Positions 58,911-64,000 of a DNA stretch of 64,000 nt are shown here, piece by piece (within the stretch, counting starts at the first letter, position 1; each line of letters begins with the position of its first letter). Under the pieces are notes generated by a model that saw only the letters and a program-made list of their open reading frames with translations, did not search any database and was not told the DNA's origin. The stretch is from Callorhinchus milii. Its lineage: Eukaryota. The stretch covers positions 1,488,001 through 1,552,000 of the forward strand of contig NW_024704772.1 of assembly GCF_018977255.1 (NCBI RefSeq), in the 5' to 3' direction. Made by a program: the position numbers and the translations under genes.

Positions 58911-59987
58911 ATGTGGAGCTGCATTCAAGGAGACTTTGGACCCAACGGAACATCATGTGATGACCTGTGCCACAGAGTTGGCCTGAGCCTATCTGCTGCC
59001 TCCGTCACCTACTTGATCGTGTGCCTGCCTCTGGGTTTGGCTGTCAACGCCTTGATCCTGGTGGTCAACTTGCGTCACAAGGCCTCCTTGGACATGCCCG
59101 ATGTCTACTTCACCAACATGGCCCTGGCTGGCTTGCTGCTCAACCTGGTGGCTTTAGTCCAACTCCCGAGCCCTGACTATCTCCTGTGGCCGGCCTGGAC
59201 CTTCGGCCGTGAGGTCTGCATGGCTTCCTTCATCCTCTTCAACATGGCTTCCTTAGTCAGTATCTATTCCTCCACCCTGCTCAGCCTGGACTGCTTCATC
59301 TGGCAAGCCGTGCCTCACACGCACCTGGCCAGCGCCTACAACACGCGACACGTGTGCAGCTTTGTGTGGGGTGGTTCGGCCCTCGCCAGCTTCTCCTCCC
59401 TCCTCTTCTACGTGTGCAGCAAGGTGTCCGACCGGGCCGACGACTGCTCCAAGCTCCAGACGCAGGAGCTGGGCGACGCCATCATGGTCTTCACAGGCTT
59501 CTTGGTGCCGGTGGCCGGGGTGGCTTACGCCTTGCGGTTGCTGCTCTGCTCGGGGAAGGAAAGCCAGCCGGCAGTCCAAAGCTCCTCCGCGGAAGCCGAC
59601 TCCAACATCTCCTCCGCGCTTCACCGGCTGCTGCTGGCCACAGTCTCTGTGCAATTTGCCCTCTGGCTCCCCTACTATGTGGCGCTTCTGGTCAGCACCG
59701 CCCGGGTGGTCTCGGAGCCCGGGGAAGCCCACCGATCGGCCGGCCTGCTCCACTTCATCCGGGGCTGGGGGGAGCTGATCGCTTACCTCAGTAGCTGTGT
59801 GGTGCCCTTGCTCTACAGGCGCCTGCACAAGAGCTTTGAGGTCCGAGCGCGGAGGTTGGTGCACGAGCTGCGGTGCGCGGTCAGGACCTGCGGGCGCCAC
59901 CGCCCGGCCCAACGGCAACATGTCTCGACTGTCTCCTGGGCGGAGACCGGACTGTCACCCAATGCCGTCGAAGTGAACGACAACTAG
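58911..59987 (+). CDS. GPR146: GPR146-like orphan class A GPCR (358 aa, uninterrupted ORF)
   Basis: N-terminal MWSC, MPDVYFTNMA, AYNTRHVCSFVWGGSALASFSSLLFYVCS, HRLLLATV..QFALWLP, PLLYR match recalled human GPR146 motifs; 7 hydrophobic segments; may be a paralog rather than the orthologue. Confidence 0.85.
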   Translation: MWSCIQGDFGPNGTSCDDLCHRVGLSLSAASVTYLIVCLPLGLAVNALILVVNLRHKASLDMPDVYFTNMALAGLLLNLVALVQLPSPDYLLWPAWTFGREVCMASFILFNMASLVSIYSSTLLSLDCFIWQAVPHTHLASAYNTRHVCSFVWGGSALASFSSLLFYVCSKVSDRADDCSKLQTQELGDAIMVFTGFLVPVAGVAYALRLLLCSGKESQPAVQSSSAEADSNISSALHRLLLATVSVQFALWLPYYVALLVSTARVVSEPGEAHRSAGLLHFIRGWGELIAYLSSCVVPLLYRRLHKSFEVRARRLVHELRCAVRTCGRHRPAQRQHVSTVSWAETGLSPNAVEVNDN

Positions 59988-62900
59988 AGCGGCCTCTGAG
60001 CTCAACCCCAAGCCTGTGCTCTCGTCCACCGCACTGGGACTCCCCAGCCCACCGCTGTCCGTCGGTGGGGTAACTTAGAACCGAGACGATTGGCAAAAGG
60101 AACGAGATGGGAGACGAGGAGAAATCTCCCCCCCCCCCCCCACCCCAAAAAAAAAATATACCCAGAGAGTTGTTCCGGTCTGGAACCCACTGCCTGGAAG
60201 GGGGTGGAAGCGGATTCGATAACAATCCAAACAGGAGGGTAATTGGAGTTGAGGTACAGATCAGCCGTGATCTAATAAGAGTGGCGGAGCAGGCTCGAGG
60301 GGGCTGAATGGCCTCCTCCTGTTCCTACGTCCTGACAAAATACACGGTTGCTACAAGAAGAACGACAACTTGCATTTATATAGGGGGTGAGTCAGAACTC
60401 CTTAACTCGTAGGGTTTTTTTTCATGATTAACGATGTTTTGTTTTTGGAAGACAACATTGGTAGAGCAGAGCGTGCGGCCAATTCAGGAGATATCTTGTC
60501 CAACGCAAACATGCACACGCGCACAAGTTCAACTCAAACCGCAACACCCCTCCTCCCTCTCCTACCGCCCACCGCCACACAAAAAAGGCCAGATATAGTT
60601 TGTTGAAATGGAATGTGCTCTCTTTCTTTCTCTCCCCCCGGAGGGACGTATCCTGCTTACCCAAGTGGTAGGCGCAGGTTGGCAAGAGCCGAGGCTTTGG
60701 GTGGGGTGGGGGGAGCCCGGAGTGTGGGTCGGGAGGGCTAACTGCTGGGGTCTAACCAGCCAAAGAGGGGTCATTATAGAGGGATGAGACAGCGCAGGGA
60801 GCACGCAACAACTTGTGGCTTTCAGTTTGTGCACCTCACCCATCAATAAATTGATCTGTAACTTTTTCCAAACACATTTGGGTGTCCGAATGTTCATCTT
60901 GGGTCATCGGGCACCTCCAACTTGCCCCCTCCCCACATCGGGGTCGTTGAGCACGCACTCCAGTGCAGCGCGCGGGGGGTTGGGGGGGGGGGGAGAGGCG
61001 GGAGAGAGGTCCCGCCGTCCTTCAAATGAGACTTTGAAGCAGGTCTCCCGTCACCCAGTCCGTCTCAAGAACGTGAGGGGGCTGTCTGTGGCCATTCGGG
61101 GCCGACGTCAAACAATCCCCGGTGCCTACTCGAAAAGAGAAAGGGATTTTTTCCCTCTCCCGCTGTCCTGCCTGACATTCCCCCTCCCTCCCTCCCTCCC
61201 TCCCCGAGAAAAGTCACTCATTCACTTCACCGCTGTTTGTGGGGACATTGATGTCCACAAATTGGCTTCTGCATCCGCCCACAACTACAGTCACTGCCAG
61301 TAATGCCATGAAGTGCGTTGTCTCGCCGTTAAAAGCGCCGTGTCAAACACAAGTTATTTATCCCACACGTTGGTGGCGGTGTCTGGTCTAAAGCAACGGC
61401 TCTTTAAGAAAACTCTTGAGTGAAGCCCTGCAAGGTGGACAAGGGTCACACTTCTCGGTTTACCTGGTTGCCTTTCCAGAGGTCAGAGAAGCCAATACAG
61501 CTGTGATTTACGAGTGTATTTAGTACAAGAATGTCACAGCAAACCCAATGTTTGTTTGCCTGTCCAGACAATAATCCCACCATGACGTGGGAGCAAAAAG
61601 AGAAAGGAGTTTCTCCCTGGTGTCCTGGCCCGACAATTCTCCAGATAATAATCCTTGCACTTGATATAGAGCCTTATCACATCGTCAAGAGGGCTTCAAA
61701 GAATGTAAATTGACTGCGTATCTTGTGAGTGAATCGCAGGAGTGTCCCACAAACAGTCGTGGATCGAGTGACCGAAATATTTTTAATTGGAGGAATTCAA
61801 CCATCAGCCACTCCGACTGCTTACTGTTAGGTAAACCGAGGGCTGTGTGTGTGTGTTTGTGTGGAGTAAGAAAACTTGCCTAAGGGTTCGTCCTGCCCGG
61901 GAATCGAATCGAATCCGATTGCGAGGCGAACACTCTAACCACTACGGCACAGGATTAGTGCGCTACGACCCACTAGGAATCCAAATAGGTTGTACTCCTC
62001 ACAGCTGTATGTGTGTCTGTGTGTGTGTGTGTGTGTGTGGGAACGATTTTGCCGCGTACAAAAACAGCCACGTACGTCTCCAAAAAAAACACACAGGCGT
62101 TTGGACCAACGAGGTGCGTAAGAAACACAAGCGTGAACTGGAAAAGTAAAAGGTAATGAATTTGTGGCTCGAACCTTAGCAACGGGACAGCTATCGTGCC
62201 ACACTCTCTCTCTCGTGTCGGCTGCGCTTACTCCTGATCTACTATCTCGCCCCGTACGAGGGCACGAGAGATTACCAAACAAACTTCACGCCAGTAAACA
62301 GCTGCCGGCGATGCTCAAGACTCGGGGGTTTCCTGTGGCTGCTGAGATAATTGGGAGAGATGAGTCGTTAGGAAATTTCACGCTGTTCTTCCTCAAAGAA
62401 TGTAAACCTCCCCAAACTGTCAGTGCTTTGAAGTGGGGGTGGGGGTGGGTGGGGGGAGAGGTGGGAACATAATTTTTTTTCTCTCTCTCTCATTTCTGGT
62501 AAGGAAATGGATTCATTATGAGATAGGCTATCGTGCTGATGCTTCCAGCTGGGGAATAAACAGTTCACACGCTCTGCAGTCAATCGCTTCGGCTGGTCCT
62601 GGGGTGGGGGCAACAGAGGGAGGTGGTGATGGTGGTGGGGGGGGAGAAAGTACTTGCTTCCGACCCCCTGGTCAGTACAGTAGGCACAAGCAGGAACGCT
62701 ACAAGTGAAATGGCTCCGGTCAATGGCATCCGTCCCTCCTGAGTCCAGTGGTGCAGCGGTTAGTCGAGAGGACCCGGGTTCGATTCCCTGACGGGGGCTA
62801 AACCCTTCGGGCGAGGTTTGAGGGACTGGGGCTTTGTTGGCCGCGGCCGTCGGTATCCGAATGAAGCAAGAAGACGGCTGCGATAAGCGAGTCACTGAAC

Positions 62901-64000
62901 GGGAGCCCCCTCTGGTGCACTGCGCCCCCACCCCGCAAAACGCAGTGGTTGCCCTTCAAAGAGTATATCCTACGGGAGATGTTTCGACGCGATACGGCGC
63001 TGTGTCAAAACACGTAAGGGTTGTTATCGTGACTGCGACAGCGATAGATTGGCGGTGGCTCCCATCGGGCGCCCCGTTCCGTCCCAACACATTCCCGAGC
63101 GGACTGGGAGGGTGGCCGGGGCGGTGGTGGGGGGGGGTCTGTTTCAGAGCCGGTCCGGCACAGGCACACGGAAACGAACGCAAAACTCGCGCACAAGAAA
63201 AAAAAAACCCCTTCGGCGCCAGAACCCCAACACGAACCACAATATAATCCGCTGCTTTTCCCAGAGGCTTTATTTCGGTTTAAATTAAAAAAAAATGATC
63301 AGTAAAACCCGGCGATACACAGCACGACGTGAGAGTTGCGACTGTTTTACTGAAGATACTCTATTTTAAACACGAGTCCTTTTTTTTTCTTTCCGTTTCC
63401 CCCTAAACGTCTTCACCACCAGTCCACATGAAAAGCCCAGCAAATTCCCTCCTGTTTTAAGTTAACTGCGTGTCTCAAAGCAAAAGTACGACTGAGCAAA
63501 GAGGGTGGTCAACGGGGTAACCAGTGACCTAATGCGACGGTCGTGCTGTCTTCACCCCCCCCCCCCACCCACCCACACCGCCATTACCCTCCCCGTCTGC
63601 CCGTCTCGAATCCGACCCCGGCGGGGGGGAAACTGAGCCCGAAGCGCCCGTTCCCGCATAGCGGTCTTCACGGGAACAGGGGGCTTCAGGCAGTCGTCCT
63701 GCCTCGTCTTCGGCGGGCGGACACACAACCCGGGGGGGGGGGGGGGGGGGGGGGCGGAGACCCCGAGGCTGAGAACGTTTGCCCGGTTGCAGCTGAAACG
63801 GGGAGAAATCTCGAGACACTGTTTGGGCGGGGGCGGTCTTCACACGGCGAGAGTGGGGAGCCCGACACCAAAAGCGATCTCCCCGCCGCGCCGGTCGTTC
63901 GCATCGAGACTCAAAAACAAGCGCGGTATACAAAGCAGCTTCCGCATGCACTAAGGAGGGGCTGTTGGGAGACCACGTCACCACGAGGCAGACGGGCAGA

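Noticed and set aside
59253-59921. 222-aa antisense ORF and alternate-frame ORFs over the GPCR
   Set aside because: Expected by-product of GC-rich codon usage in the real CDS.

Overview
Vertebrate genomic DNA: GC-rich, microsatellite-rich, with several N gaps. The repeat content (Deu-domain SINEs, L2 and CR1 LINE remnants, an abundant tRNA-headed SINE with an (ATT)n tail) suggests a cartilaginous fish, possibly a chimaera; this is inference. Five protein-coding genes can be read from GT-AG exons: AP-2 adaptor alpha subunit (probably AP2A1; minus strand, exons 1-14, running off the left edge), a TSPAN4-like tetraspanin (minus, 239 aa), POLR2L/RPB10 (plus, 67 aa), PRMT1 (minus, 352 aa) and a GPR146-like orphan GPCR (plus, 358 aa). 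Most other ORFs in the track are repeat or microsatellite artefacts. I found no clearly new multi-gene system. The most unusual signals are: (1) both the AP2A and PRMT1 promoters carry 7-8 copies of a fixed-spacing TGAnnGACnn-N9-CCAAT module (TALE/NF-Y type); (2) a 4x NRF1-site minisatellite lies between the divergent TSPAN and POLR2L genes; (3) the gene order joins neighbours that are split between human 11p15.5, 19q13.3 and 12p13, hinting at retained ohnologs; (4) candidate unannotated in-frame exons exist for AP2A and the GPCR; (5) minisatellites have arisen from an L2 coding motif and from a SINE 5' end. Comparisons with human genes and repeat families are from memory, not database searches.
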